A stretch of 64,000 nt of DNA from an uncultured Spirochaetota bacterium (lineage in GTDB: Bacteria > Spirochaetota > Spirochaetia > SZUA-6 > Fen-1364): NCBI GenBank assembly GCA_963781885.1, contig CAWAHW010000007.1:160001-224000 (forward strand), in the 5' to 3' direction. The notes below the pieces were generated by a model. The model was not told the origin of the DNA. It saw only the letters and a list, made by a program, of their open reading frames with translations, and did no database searches. Position 1 is the first letter of the stretch; each line of letters begins with the position of its first letter. The translations under genes were made by a program, and so were the position numbers. Below are positions 37,529-47,175 of the stretch, in pieces.

Positions 37529-39232
37529 TCAGCGCGTCGATTGACCCGCGAGCATGACGAGGGACAGGGCGAGCAGGATGCCCTGGAGAAGCGCGAGCGC
37601 AATCAAGGCAACGCGCAGCCCGAATGCCAGGACGATGAAGCCCGCCACGATCCTGTGGCCGTAGAGATAGAGCAGCGTGAGCAGGGAGAGCACGATCGGG
37701 ACGAGCGGCAGGAGGATGACGCCGATGGCGGGCAGGCGGCCGGGGTAGCGGGCGCGGAAAGCCCACCCCATGGAGACGGCAAAAAGCGAGATGATGAGGA
37801 AGGCGAACGGCATGAGGAGCTTCATCACCATGTCGACGGTGAGCTCTTCCCGCGCCAGCCCGAATGCGCCCAGGTCCGCGCGGACGCGCAACAGCTCCGT
37901 GATGCCCATGGCGGCCAGGGTGGTGCGGCCGGTCGAAAGGGCGCGCAGCTCCTCGGGCGTCGGGCTCAGCGCCAGGATGTTTCTCTCCGCCGGGTCGCGC
38001 GTGCCCTTGATGTAGAGGGGCAGGTACTGGACCCGGGGATCCGTCCTGTCGATGCACCGCATCAAGACGGTGTTTCCCGTCGTGCGCACGCCATAGGGCG
38101 CCGAGAAATGCCACTGCACGTTGCCGTTGCCGTCGTAGCGGATTGCCTCGATGTCGAAGAAGTAGGCCTCACCGGTTGCAAGCTCCACCATTTTGCCGAT
38201 GGCAACCGCCTCCCGGCCGTCCGCGGCGACGCGATTGAGAAAGAGGATGCCCTGCGCGCCCGGAAGGGTCTGCAGCTTGCGCGCGTCGTCGAGGAAGAAG
38301 CTCGTTGCGGAAAGCGCCGCGCGCGCGCGCGCCAGGTAGGTGGCGATGTCCGGGTCCTTGGGATTTTTCGCGGCAAGCGCGACGAAGAGGTAGTATGCGC
38401 CGATGGCGTCCCCGTTCTCCAGGCGCGCGAAGGCGTCCTTCTTCTGGCTGAAGAGCGCGGCCGTCTGCGCGTCGTCCGACGGTAAAGGCCCGCCGATCCT
38501 GTTGAGCGCCTCGGCGGCCAGGCGCATCGCGTCGCGACGGCGCGCGTCCGCCGCGAGGGCCGCTTCCGCGTAGTAGTGCGCGGAGAACCAGTCCCCGTGG
38601 TCGAAATAGAACTGCGCCTTGTCGACGAGCGCCTGCGCATCCTGCGCCGGGGCAGGGGGGGGCGCGGCGGGGATACCCGTCGCGGGACCGCCCTTGGAAA
38701 TCGCCGCCTTGGCGGAGATGTCGAGCCGCCTTTCGAACATCGGCTTGTTCTTCGAATCGATGGCAAGGTAGCGGTCCATCGCGTCCAGGGCGGTGCCGTA
38801 GTCCAGCGTCGCGAGCGCGTCATTGGCCTGCCGCAGGTAGAGCCGCGCGAGGCTGCTCTGGTACTCCATGTCGGCGAGCCTGCTCTGCGCGCGCGGGTAA
38901 ACCCCTTCGAAGAGCGCGGTATACGCCGCGGTGAGGAGGAGGAACGCGACGAGCGTCGACGAGAGGATGCGGTTGAACGGCTGCGGCGCGCTTCCCCGCG
39001 AAGAGCCGATGGCGGCCAGGGAGGCGGCAACGGCGATCGCAGCAGCGTGCACCGGGATGAGGTAGTCCATGAACAGGACGAACGCCCGCTTCAGGGCGTA
39101 TTCCCAGCGGAGCATGGGGAGATAGCTCGAGACGGAAAACGTGATCAGTGCGTAGGCGAAGAGCACGACGAAAGAGAGCGCGTAGAAGCCGAGGAGGAAG
39201 GGCATGATACGGGAGAGGAGCGACCTGTTCAT
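37529..39232 (-). CDS. Membrane protein, 3 TM + periplasmic TPR-like domain + 3 TM (LptF/G-like topology)
   Basis: Hydrophobic N- and C-terminal blocks, helical repeats (DWFSAHYYA), K..MPF..L motif. ATGA-coupled to the upstream gene. Confidence 0.7.
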   Translation of the reverse strand: MNRSLLSRIMPFLLGFYALSFVVLFAYALITFSVSSYLPMLRWEYALKRAFVLFMDYLIPVHAAAIAVAASLAAIGSSRGSAPQPFNRILSSTLVAFLLLTAAYTALFEGVYPRAQSRLADMEYQSSLARLYLRQANDALATLDYGTALDAMDRYLAIDSKNKPMFERRLDISAKAAISKGGPATGIPAAPPPAPAQDAQALVDKAQFYFDHGDWFSAHYYAEAALAADARRRDAMRLAAEALNRIGGPLPSDDAQTAALFSQKKDAFARLENGDAIGAYYLFVALAAKNPKDPDIATYLARARAALSATSFFLDDARKLQTLPGAQGILFLNRVAADGREAVAIGKMVELATGEAYFFDIEAIRYDGNGNVQWHFSAPYGVRTTGNTVLMRCIDRTDPRVQYLPLYIKGTRDPAERNILALSPTPEELRALSTGRTTLAAMGITELLRVRADLGAFGLAREELTVDMVMKLLMPFAFLIISLFAVSMGWAFRARYPGRLPAIGVILLPLVPIVLSLLTLLYLYGHRIVAGFIVLAFGLRVALIALALLQGILLALSLVMLAGQSTR

Positions 39233-40197
39233 GTCGCGGCAGGCTCCTTCCACCGGTCGGCGGGGATGAAGAGGACGTCGATGAGCAGAAGGATGACGGC
39301 GAGCGCAGCGAGCGCACCGGAGGGAAACAGCCGGGCGACCGTCCCGTCGGTGACGATGCCGTTCACCTGCGGGGCAAGCTGGACGGCGAGCAGGTGGTAG
39401 AGGGAAAAGTACCCGCGCACCGCGATGATGAGGATCATGATGTTCACGAGCGGCCACCGCGTGATGCGCAGAAGCGCAAGCGACGCGGTGCAGAGGAGCA
39501 CGAGTGAAAAGCACGCGGCAAAAAATTGGGCGCGGGAGCCGTCGAGGAGGGCCTGGTAGTCGGTGGTGAGGGTGGCCACGTCGCGGAGGAAGGCGTGGGT
39601 GATCGGATCGGCGGCAAAGACGCCCGTCCACGCAAGATCGGGCGCACCGGTCAAGGAAGCGCCGCCGACGCCCAGGCTGAGCGATCCTGCGCGGACGCTT
39701 GCGCGGACCGTCCCATAGACGTCGAAACGTGGCGTCGGCCGCGTCGGATCGAAGACGAGGACGCCGCGGAGGTTGGAGCCTTCCACCGCGGTCGCGTTGA
39801 GCTCGACCCCGCCGATGCGCACGAACGTGGAGGGCCGAATGTACTGCCCGGGCGCCGCGGGCGTGGGACGCACGGCCGCGGAGAGGGAATGGAAGGCGAT
39901 CATGCCGTTCACGAGGGCTGCATAGCTGATGACGAGCACGATCAGGAGGCCCAGGAATCGGGAGAAGGGCCGGGCGGCCAGACGGAAGCCGATGAGCACG
40001 ATGGAGAGGACGACGGCCGGTATCATGACGTCGTAGAGGCTGCGCGGCAGCTTCTGCATGATGTAGGTGAAACCAAACGCGCGGGAGGAGGAATCCCCCA
40101 TGCCCCAGGCGCCGATGACTCCCAGCAGGGCGAGTACGAACGTCGCGCAGGCGAGGATGAGAATGAGGATGAACGGGACCTTCAGGGGCTCTTTCAC
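39229..40197 (-). CDS. Membrane protein, 3 TM + beta-rich domain + 3 TM
   Basis: Hydropathy pattern parallels the downstream gene; coupled by overlap. Confidence 0.7.
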   Translation of the reverse strand: MKEPLKVPFILILILACATFVLALLGVIGAWGMGDSSSRAFGFTYIMQKLPRSLYDVMIPAVVLSIVLIGFRLAARPFSRFLGLLIVLVISYAALVNGMIAFHSLSAAVRPTPAAPGQYIRPSTFVRIGGVELNATAVEGSNLRGVLVFDPTRPTPRFDVYGTVRASVRAGSLSLGVGGASLTGAPDLAWTGVFAADPITHAFLRDVATLTTDYQALLDGSRAQFFAACFSLVLLCTASLALLRITRWPLVNIMILIIAVRGYFSLYHLLAVQLAPQVNGIVTDGTVARLFPSGALAALAVILLLIDVLFIPADRWKEPAAT

Positions 40198-40221
40198 TCT
40201 GTGACCCAGCCTACCATAGAA

Positions 40222-40854
40222 TCATCTCACCATGTAGCCCTGGCCGCGCACGCAGACGATGAAGGGAAGCGCACCGGGCACCGCGCGTCCCATTTTCCCC
40301 CTGATGCCGGATATCTGCATGTCGATGGCGCGGCTGCGCGCGCTGCCCTCCCGGCCGGTGAGGGCGTAGGAGAGCGCGGCGCGCGGCACGGGCGTCCCCC
40401 GCGCACGCAGGAGCGCGGCCAGCACGACGGCCTCGCGGCGCGTGAGGGCCACCATGCCCCCCGGCGTCTGCAGCTCGTCGCCGTCGAGGCCCAGCTCCCC
40501 CCAGGAAAAGGAAAAGCGCCGCGCCGCGCGCGACAGGACCGCCTGCGCGCGCAGTGCAAGCTCCTCGGGACCCCACGGCTCGCGCAGGTAGTCGTCGCAG
40601 CCGCTCAGCCACGCGCTTCTCATACGGTCCGCCGGTCCCCAGGCGATCATCGGCACACCGGCCGCGGCCGTCTCCATCGCGTCCTGGACGGACAGCACGT
40701 AGAGGTCGACATCGTCGGGCGGCAGCGGCCGGGGCGTGGTCTCGAAATGGAACGGGCTTCTCCGCAGAGAAGCCCGGATTCGTTCACAGGTGACGGGGGG
40801 GCAGCCGACGAGATTGACCGTCCGGCCCGGTCTACTTCTTCTCTTTGTCTTCAA
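40222..40854 (-). CDS. Atypical OmpR-family regulator (degenerate receiver + winged helix); start uncertain
   Basis: GCDDYLREPW..EEL..R, LT.RE..VL..L, SRAIDMQIS.IR.K, VRGQGY. Confidence 0.75.
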   Translation of the reverse strand: MKTKRRSRPGRTVNLVGCPPVTCERIRASLRRSPFHFETTPRPLPPDDVDLYVLSVQDAMETAAAGVPMIAWGPADRMRSAWLSGCDDYLREPWGPEELALRAQAVLSRAARRFSFSWGELGLDGDELQTPGGMVALTRREAVVLAALLRARGTPVPRAALSYALTGREGSARSRAIDMQISGIRGKMGRAVPGALPFIVCVRGQGYMVR

Positions 40855-41533
40855 TCTGGCCCATCTTGGCCTTGAGATCCTCCAGCATCTTGTCCGTGCT
40901 GGAGCCCGCGGTCGACGCCTCCAACTCCTTGAACTTGTCTTCCAGCTTCTCATCGGCCGAGACGGTGCCCAGCTCCTTCATGGCCTCCGCCTCCGCCTCG
41001 ATCTGGTCCACCTTCTGCGCCATGCGGTCGAAGGTGTCGAAGGACGAGTTGGCGGACAGCGATCCCATGGTCTGCTGGATCTGCTTCTGCGCCTCGGCGC
41101 GCTTCGCGCGCGCGATGAGGAGGTTCTTCTTCCGGCTCGCTTCCTCGATCTTGCCCTGGAGCTGGCGCAGCGCGTCCTTCAGCTGCTCGACGGAGGCATG
41201 CTGGCTCTCGAACTCCTTCTGGAAGGAGGCGGCGTACCCGTCGTACTCCTGCTTGCGCTGGAGCGCTTCTTTTGCAAGGTCATCCTTGCCGGCCTTCACG
41301 GCGAGCATGGCCTTCTTTTCCCAGTCCTCGCTCTGCGCCTTGTTTTCCAGCATCTGCCGCTCGAGCTTCTTCTCATCCGCGATGGCCATCGCCGTCTGCT
41401 TCTTCGCCTCCAGCAGCGACTCGTTCATGTCCATGAGCAGCTGGTTGAGCATCTTCTCGGGATCTTCAGCCTTGCTGATGAGGGCATTGATATTGGATTT
41501 GAGGACCGTGCGAATGCGATCAAGAATCCCCAT
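40832..41533 (-). CDS. pspA: PspA/IM30 family protein
   Basis: MGI..R...LKSNINALI.KAEDPEKMLNQ, G.DDLAKEAL..K, coiled coil. Confidence 0.93.
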   Translation of the reverse strand: MGILDRIRTVLKSNINALISKAEDPEKMLNQLLMDMNESLLEAKKQTAMAIADEKKLERQMLENKAQSEDWEKKAMLAVKAGKDDLAKEALQRKQEYDGYAASFQKEFESQHASVEQLKDALRQLQGKIEEASRKKNLLIARAKRAEAQKQIQQTMGSLSANSSFDTFDRMAQKVDQIEAEAEAMKELGTVSADEKLEDKFKELEASTAGSSTDKMLEDLKAKMGQIEDKEKK

Positions 41534-41545
41534 GGATTCCTCCTG

Positions 41546-41935
41546 TCATGCCTTGACGCGGTATCGGGAGAGGGGGCGGTAATGCTGCGCGAGGGCGAGC
41601 CCGATGGCATCGATGGACGCCTCGAACTCTTCAAGGTCCATGGTGTCCGCCTCCAGCGTGTCGACGATGATGACGTTCTTTCCATCGACCGCATAGGCCC
41701 CGTGCACCATGTCGGTTGCGTTGAACCGCAGCAATTCCTCGAAGAACTTCTCCCTGCCCGTGGCGGGGACTTCCATCACGTGGATGCGGAGCACCACGAC
41801 GGGGTTGGAGAGGATGACGACGAGGTTTTCCAGCCCCCGCTGCTGGTCACGGACCACCCACGAACCCGGTCCTGCCTGGTGGAAGCTCAAGGAGAGCTTC
41901 GTGAGATACGCTTCGATCTTGTCATGGGAGATCAT
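41546..41935 (-). CDS. YbjN/CesT-like chaperone-fold protein
   Basis: F.ELLRFNATDMVHGAY, DTL....MD.EEF. Typical pspA neighbour. Confidence 0.75.
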   Translation of the reverse strand: MISHDKIEAYLTKLSLSFHQAGPGSWVVRDQQRGLENLVVILSNPVVVLRIHVMEVPATGREKFFEELLRFNATDMVHGAYAVDGKNVIIVDTLEADTMDLEEFEASIDAIGLALAQHYRPLSRYRVKA

Positions 41936-41945
41936 GGAGCCTCCC

Positions 41946-42497
41946 TCAGCCGAGGAACACCTGGCCGGCGTTGTCGATGGCGAGGATGGTTTTGCACTCC
42001 GAGCAGCGGAAGCGCCCGGCCTTGGAGGCCTTCAGCTTCTTGCTGCAGATGGGGCATTTGAATATCCGCGGGAACGTCGTTCCCTTGCCTTCCTCTCCGC
42101 GCGCCGCGAAGAAGGAGACCGCCTCGTCGAGGTTCTCCTTGATGTTGAAGAACTGGGAAAAACCCAGCAGTTGGAATACTTCATAGACTTTCGGCTGGAT
42201 CTCCAGGAGCACCAGGTCACCGCCGCGCGGTTTGACGGCCTTCAGGAATGCGGTGAAGGATCCGATTCCCGTGCTGGAAACGTAGTTCAGGCCGCTGCAA
42301 TGGAATATGAGCTTGATGAATCCCGTCTCGATCGCCTTGGCAACGCGCTTCTGGAAATAATTGGAATTGTACGTGTCGATGTAGCCGGTGAGATAGAGCA
42401 CAAGGCACCCTTCGGTGTCCTCGATTTTCTGGAGGCGGATTTTGAGGCTGTCGTCTTTTTCGTCGTCGAAGCCTGGAACAATCTCGTTGTTACTCAT
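41946..42497 (-). CDS. STAS anti-sigma factor antagonist with a C-terminal Zn ribbon
   Basis: L.GYIDTYNS, LNYVSSTGIG, CPIC...GRFRCSEC. Confidence 0.9.
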   Translation of the reverse strand: MSNNEIVPGFDDEKDDSLKIRLQKIEDTEGCLVLYLTGYIDTYNSNYFQKRVAKAIETGFIKLIFHCSGLNYVSSTGIGSFTAFLKAVKPRGGDLVLLEIQPKVYEVFQLLGFSQFFNIKENLDEAVSFFAARGEEGKGTTFPRIFKCPICSKKLKASKAGRFRCSECKTILAIDNAGQVFLG

Positions 42498-42535
42498 GGC
42501 GCCCCTTTGCCTTCGAAATTCCCCTCATCCCTTCA

Positions 42536-42634
42536 ATTATAGCCACGGCGCAACCGAGCCGCAAGAGCTCATGTCTTGTGAGTCTCATTGTGTGATTTCG
42601 AAGACATTCTAAGTGTTTGACGGGCTTTTGTCAA
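42536..42634 (-). promoter_or_regulatory. Tandem sigma-70 promoters for the STAS-ybjN-pspA cluster
   Basis: TTGACA (42634-29), 17 bp, TAGAAT (42611-06). TTGCGG (42564-59), 17 bp, TATAAT (42541-36). Confidence 0.7.
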
Positions 42635-42723
42635 ATGGAGACGCCATTTCCGCGCGGAAAATGGACTTTCCCGGGCGGTATGCCGGCAGGGTATGGGCGC
42701 GGCTGTGCCCTGCGCCGAACCAC

Positions 42724-43384
42724 TCATTGGTTCGGGATCCCACTGCAGGGAGACGGCCGCCGTGTTGTAGGCGTCGTTTCCCGTGGCTGCTGCCGTCGGG
42801 GATCGCAGCTCGCCGCGGTAGCGGGCGGAGAGAAGCCACTGTCCCAGCCGGGAGCTGAGCCCCGCGGCGAAGACCCACGTGGAGAGGGAATCCGCCGGAT
42901 TCTGCGCATCGGCGTAGCGCCAGTCCAGGCCCGCCTCGATGCTGGTTCCCTTGCGCACAGTAAGGCTCACGCTGCCGGCGGCGCTCGCGGTGACGACGTC
43001 CTTGGACAGGCCGTTCGAATCGAGCATCGCGTAGTCCATCGACTTCAGGCCCAGCGCATAACCGAGCTTCCACGCGCTGCCGATGCGGACGGCACCGTCC
43101 TGCTCGATCCTGACATAGTCGTAGTCGCCGGACTGGTCGCCGGGCAGATAGTAGTCCTTGCCCGACAGGGTGAGGGCCAATCCGAACGCCGCCGGTCCCG
43201 CCGCCTCTTTCACCTGGAAGGTGACGAGGTTGCGCAGGGACGCCGCGAGGTACGTCTCGTCATCGGGGTCCTCCGCCGCGCCGCCCGCGGCCTCGTATTT
43301 CACGCTGAAGACGGGATAGGTCCAATCGAGACCGCAGGCGGGCAGACCGATGCACAGGAGGAGGAGGCACACACTTTTCTTCAT
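42724..43384 (-). CDS. Exported beta-barrel-like protein; as assembled it reads to 42569, true end probably 42724
   Basis: Signal peptide and amphipathic strands. Removing one base at WDP gives VSLQWDPNQ* at 42724, whereas the extended tail runs over a promoter. Confidence 0.6.
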
Positions 43385-43530
43385 ACGCCCATTATCGGCC
43401 CCGGCGGGACGAAGATGAGCAGCGCCTTCAGGTGCCGATATCGCGCGGCAGGGCCGCCGGGCGGATCCCCGGGCGGCTCCCGCGGGCTCACGGTATCCGT
43501 CTGGCCGATTCTCGGCTACTCTGGACCCTC

Positions 43531-44265
43531 ATGAGCAGTCAGAATGCCGACGTGCGCATCGTGCTGGTGAGGCCGCGGGACGCCGGTAATGTCGGCGCGG
43601 TCTGCCGCGCGATGAAATGCATGGGCTGCGGGTCGCTCGCCATCGTGCCGGACGGGCTCCTGGACCCGCGGCGCGCGCGCACCCTCGCGCATTACGCGGC
43701 GGACGTGCTGGACCGTGCGACGATGCACGCGACGCTGCGCGATGCAATTGGCGACGCGGTGCTTGTGGCCGGCACGACGCGTCGCCGGGGCAGGAACCGC
43801 AAGTATTTCAGCCTTTTCCCCGAGCAGCTCGCGCAGCGGATCGCGCAGATCCGCACGGGCGCCGTGGCCGTTCTTTTCGGCAACGAGGAGACCGGCCTCA
43901 CCGACGCCGAGCTTTCGCTCTGCGATGTCGCCGTGACGATACCCGCCACGCCGCGCTTCCCCTCGCTGAACCTTTCCCACGCGGTGCAGGTGATCTGCTA
44001 CGAGATATTCCGCGCGCTGCACGCGGACCACCTCACGCCCTTCACCCCCATCGGCGCGGGGGCGGTGGATGACCTGGTGGGCACCATCACGCGCTCCCTT
44101 GAGAGCATCGGGTTTTTTACCCAGGTCACCCCGGACCAGATGGGGGTGTTCTTCAAGGACATCATCGCGCGGGCGGGGTTGTCCGTGAGCGAAGGCCGGA
44201 GGCTGGGCGTCGTGTTCGGAAAAATCGCCGGCCTGGCCTCGAAGAACAGGGTGCCGGCGGATTGA
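43531..44265 (+). CDS. trmJ: TrmJ/LasT SPOUT RNA methyltransferase
   Basis: IVLV.P...GNVGAVCRAMK.MG, GTT.R, LFGNE.TGL, SLNLSHAV. Confidence 0.88.
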   Translation: MSSQNADVRIVLVRPRDAGNVGAVCRAMKCMGCGSLAIVPDGLLDPRRARTLAHYAADVLDRATMHATLRDAIGDAVLVAGTTRRRGRNRKYFSLFPEQLAQRIAQIRTGAVAVLFGNEETGLTDAELSLCDVAVTIPATPRFPSLNLSHAVQVICYEIFRALHADHLTPFTPIGAGAVDDLVGTITRSLESIGFFTQVTPDQMGVFFKDIIARAGLSVSEGRRLGVVFGKIAGLASKNRVPAD

Positions 44266-44309
44266 CCCGGACCCGAATCCTCCATAGTATTGGCGCAAGG
44301 AGAGTTCCG

Positions 44310-44792
44310 ATGCGAAGATCCGTCCCAGTCATTGCGTGTGTCTTCCTTCTGCTCGGGTCCGGCTTTCTCCCCGCGCTCTCCCGCGCCGACCTGGACCGGG
44401 TGGTTGACATCAACGTCACCTTGAAGACCCTGTCCGAGGTCGCCGACGGCAAGGCCCCGCTTCCCGACGGCCGGCTCATCGTGCTGACGGGAACGGTCTC
44501 CGACGTGAACATCCTCAGCAAGGACCAGGCGACCTTCAAGGTGAGAATAGAGCTCCTGAGCGGCGAATGGTTCGGTGAAGAGGACGTGAAGGCATATGCC
44601 TGCTACGTCGAGTTCTCCGGGCCGGAGTACTTCAAGGTCTTCCCGGCGCGGCTTCCCGCCAATGCGCCTTCCGACCTCATCGGTCTCAGCACCCGGGTGC
44701 TCATCATCGGCAGGGCCGTGAGCGTCACCACGACCCCGCTGGGCGCCAAACGCGTGCTCGTCGACGGCGCGTACGTGCGGCCGATCGAATAG
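44310..44792 (+). CDS. Exported hypothetical protein (possible OB-fold)
   Basis: AAGGAG RBS, signal peptide, beta-rich. Confidence 0.7.
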   Translation: MRRSVPVIACVFLLLGSGFLPALSRADLDRVVDINVTLKTLSEVADGKAPLPDGRLIVLTGTVSDVNILSKDQATFKVRIELLSGEWFGEEDVKAYACYVEFSGPEYFKVFPARLPANAPSDLIGLSTRVLIIGRAVSVTTTPLGAKRVLVDGAYVRPIE

Positions 44793-44823
44793 GCCACGTC
44801 GCGGCGCCCGCCGGGCGCGCGCA

Positions 44824-45948
44824 TCAGTCGAAACGCAGATGCCGTGCGTGGAGGGGTCCGCCCTCCGCCGCGAGCACGGCCCTCTCCAGCACATTTCGCA
44901 GCTCCCGGATATTGCCCGGCCAGTGATGGCCGCGCAAGGCCGCCCGCGCGTCCGGCGCAAGCTCCGTGTCCGGCCTGCCCAGCAGGCAGAGGAGATGGAC
45001 CGCAAGCAGGGGGATGTCGACCGCGCGCTCCCGCAGCGGGGGAATACGGATGGGCAGCACCCCGAGCCGGTAATAGAGGTCGCCGCGGAATCCTCCCGAC
45101 GTGACGTCGGCCTTCAGGTCCCTGTTCGTCGCGGAGACCACGCGGACGTCCAGCGGCAGCGCACGTGCGCCGCCCACGCGCGTCACCGATCGGCCCTCGA
45201 TCACGCGCAGGAGACGGCTCTGCGCGGCCGCTGACATTTCCCCGATTTCGTCGAGGAAAAGCGTGCCCCCGTTGGCCTGCTCGAAGCTTCCCGGCCGCGC
45301 CACCGCGTCCGTGTAGGCGCCCTTCTCCGCGCCGAAGAGCTCCGTCTCGATGAGCGTGTCCGGAATTGCCGCGCAGTTGATCGGCACGAAGGGCCCTGCG
45401 CGGCGTCGGGAAGCGTCGTGGATGAGCCGGGCCGCGAGCTCCTTGCCCGTGCCGCTTTCCCCGAGCAGCAGGATGGGCGATTCGGAGGCGGCATAGCGGA
45501 GGATGAGCTCCTTGACCGAGTGGATGCCCGCGCTTTCCCCGATCATGGCGTCCATGAGCCCCTGTTCCGGGCAGGCCGCGCGCCGCGCGTCGGCGCCCGC
45601 CACGGCGGTCCGCAGCGCGCCCAGGAGCTCCGGCAGCTCGTACGGCTTCAGGATGTAGTCGCAGGCACCCGCGAGGACCGCCTCCTTGACGATGCGCGGC
45701 GCGTTCATGGCGGTGAGCATGACCACCGGCGGGGCAAGGGGCTGGGCGGCGATCTGCTTCAGCGCGGAGATGCCGTCCATGTCGGGCAGCGTGATGTCCA
45801 GGAGCACGACGTCCGGGCGGTCCCGCTTCACGGCCTCGATGCCCTGCCGCGCGCTGTACGCCGACCGCAGGGTGTACGGGTCGGGCAGGACAAGGTCGAG
45901 AGTTCTCTGTGCTTGGGGATCGTCGTCGACGAAGAGCACTTTCACCAT
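44824..45948 (-). CDS. Sigma-54-dependent response regulator (REC + AAA+, no obvious C-terminal HTH)
   Basis: [49 protein letters not shown]. Ends about 25 aa after the AAA+ domain. Confidence 0.9.
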   Translation of the reverse strand: MVKVLFVDDDPQAQRTLDLVLPDPYTLRSAYSARQGIEAVKRDRPDVVLLDITLPDMDGISALKQIAAQPLAPPVVMLTAMNAPRIVKEAVLAGACDYILKPYELPELLGALRTAVAGADARRAACPEQGLMDAMIGESAGIHSVKELILRYAASESPILLLGESGTGKELAARLIHDASRRRAGPFVPINCAAIPDTLIETELFGAEKGAYTDAVARPGSFEQANGGTLFLDEIGEMSAAAQSRLLRVIEGRSVTRVGGARALPLDVRVVSATNRDLKADVTSGGFRGDLYYRLGVLPIRIPPLRERAVDIPLLAVHLLCLLGRPDTELAPDARAALRGHHWPGNIRELRNVLERAVLAAEGGPLHARHLRFD

Positions 45949-46061
45949 GGGAACGACCTTTTCAATGCACCGAGCATAGCCCAAAGGAGGGGCAGCGGCA
46001 AGCGGCGAAGGCGGCGCGGCTCGCTCCGTGGTCCATCGAGCCCTGGCAATTGTTCCAGTCG

Positions 46062-46198
46062 ACAACCATGATTGTGGCGAGAAAAGCTCCCGTACAACCC
46101 GGCTTGTTGATTTTCTGCAAGGCGCGATATCGATCGATCGATAATTGTTTCTTCTGAAAAGACTTGCGACTGTTCCATAGGTTTGGCATGCAACGTGC
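46062..46198 (+). promoter_or_regulatory. Sigma-54 promoter 1 with a tandem upstream activator pair
   Basis: TTGGCATGCAACGTGCT (GG 46185-6, GC 46197-8). ACAACCnnnnTTGT at 46062 and 46094. Confidence 0.85.
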
Positions 46199-46248
46199 TT
46201 TGCATTTTATGGTCGCCGGCAATAGGCCGCGGCCTGAGGAGGCACGAG

Positions 46249-46926
46249 ATGCAGTATGGATCGAGGGTCGCGAGAGGGATCCTTTTGGCGTGTATCGGGG
46301 GATTGATCGCCATCTCCGGTCTGGGTGCGCAGACACGGGCGTTGCGCGTCCTGGCGGCAACGGGAAGCGCCGCTGAAATCACGAAGGCGCTCCAGGCGGG
46401 GGCGGATTTCAACGCGAGCGATTTCATCGGGGAAACGGCCCTCATGGCCGCCGCCGAGCGCAACCGGGACCCCAACGTCGTGCCGGCACTGCTGCGCTAT
46501 GGCGCGGTCGTGGACGCGCGCAACGGCTACGGTGAAACGGCGCTCATGTGCGCCGCGCAATTCAATGGGGATGCCGGGGTGATTGCGACGCTCCTCCAGG
46601 CCGGGGCTGACCCACGCGCGCGCGACACACTCGGCCGCACCACGGCGATGCACGCGGCGGCGTCGAATCCGTCGGTCGACGTCCTCCACGCGCTGATCCA
46701 GGCGGGGGCGGACGTGAACGCCATCGACGAAAGCGGCATGACCGCGTTGATGTTCGCGGCCTGGTCGAACCCGAATCCCGCGGTCGTCACCGCCCTGCTC
46801 GCCGCGGGCGCCGACGGCAGGGCGCGAAGCGCGGCCGGCAAGAGCGCATTTGAGTACGGGCAATCGAACCCCGCGCTTGCGGGCGGCGGCACGGTTCTCG
46901 CCTCCCTGGAAGCGGCGGCCAGGTAG
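46249..46926 (+). CDS. Exported ankyrin-repeat protein
   Basis: GAGGAGG RBS, signal peptide, repeats GETALMAAA / GETALMCAA / GRTTAMHAA / GMTALMFAA. Confidence 0.92.
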   Translation: MQYGSRVARGILLACIGGLIAISGLGAQTRALRVLAATGSAAEITKALQAGADFNASDFIGETALMAAAERNRDPNVVPALLRYGAVVDARNGYGETALMCAAQFNGDAGVIATLLQAGADPRARDTLGRTTAMHAAASNPSVDVLHALIQAGADVNAIDESGMTALMFAAWSNPNPAVVTALLAAGADGRARSAAGKSAFEYGQSNPALAGGGTVLASLEAAAR

Positions 46927-46956
46927 ACCGTGGCCCACGGGAAAGGTGAGATGGTC

Positions 46957-47175
46957 ATGGCGGACGAAAACAATCAGCCGGCAAAGATCGGTGACTTCAT
47001 GGTGTCGATCGGTGCGATGAAGGCCTGGCAGGTGCAGGACGTGCTCCTGGAGCAGACACTCGGCGACTCGCGGATATTCGGCGAGATCGCGATCAGCTTC
47101 GGCTACATCGACGACGACGCGGTGAAGCGGTATCTGGATTCCCGGGTCGCAAAGTCGGCGGGCGCACGGGCGTGA
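46957..47175 (+). CDS. Stand-alone MshEN-like (GspE N-terminal) putative c-di-GMP-binding protein
   Basis: KIGDFMVSIGAM....VQDVLLEQ.....RIFGEIAISFGYI resembles the tandem RLGxxLVxxGxxxxxxLxxxLxxQ motif. Confidence 0.65.
   Translation: MADENNQPAKIGDFMVSIGAMKAWQVQDVLLEQTLGDSRIFGEIAISFGYIDDDAVKRYLDSRVAKSAGARA

Noticed and set aside
36614-38485. Long antisense and alternative-frame ORFs (e.g. 36614..38485, 29527..31326, 25233..26822, 11299..12834)
   Set aside because: Shadow ORFs expected at high GC. They lie opposite genes with clear family motifs and have Arg/Gly/Ala-biased, motif-free translations.
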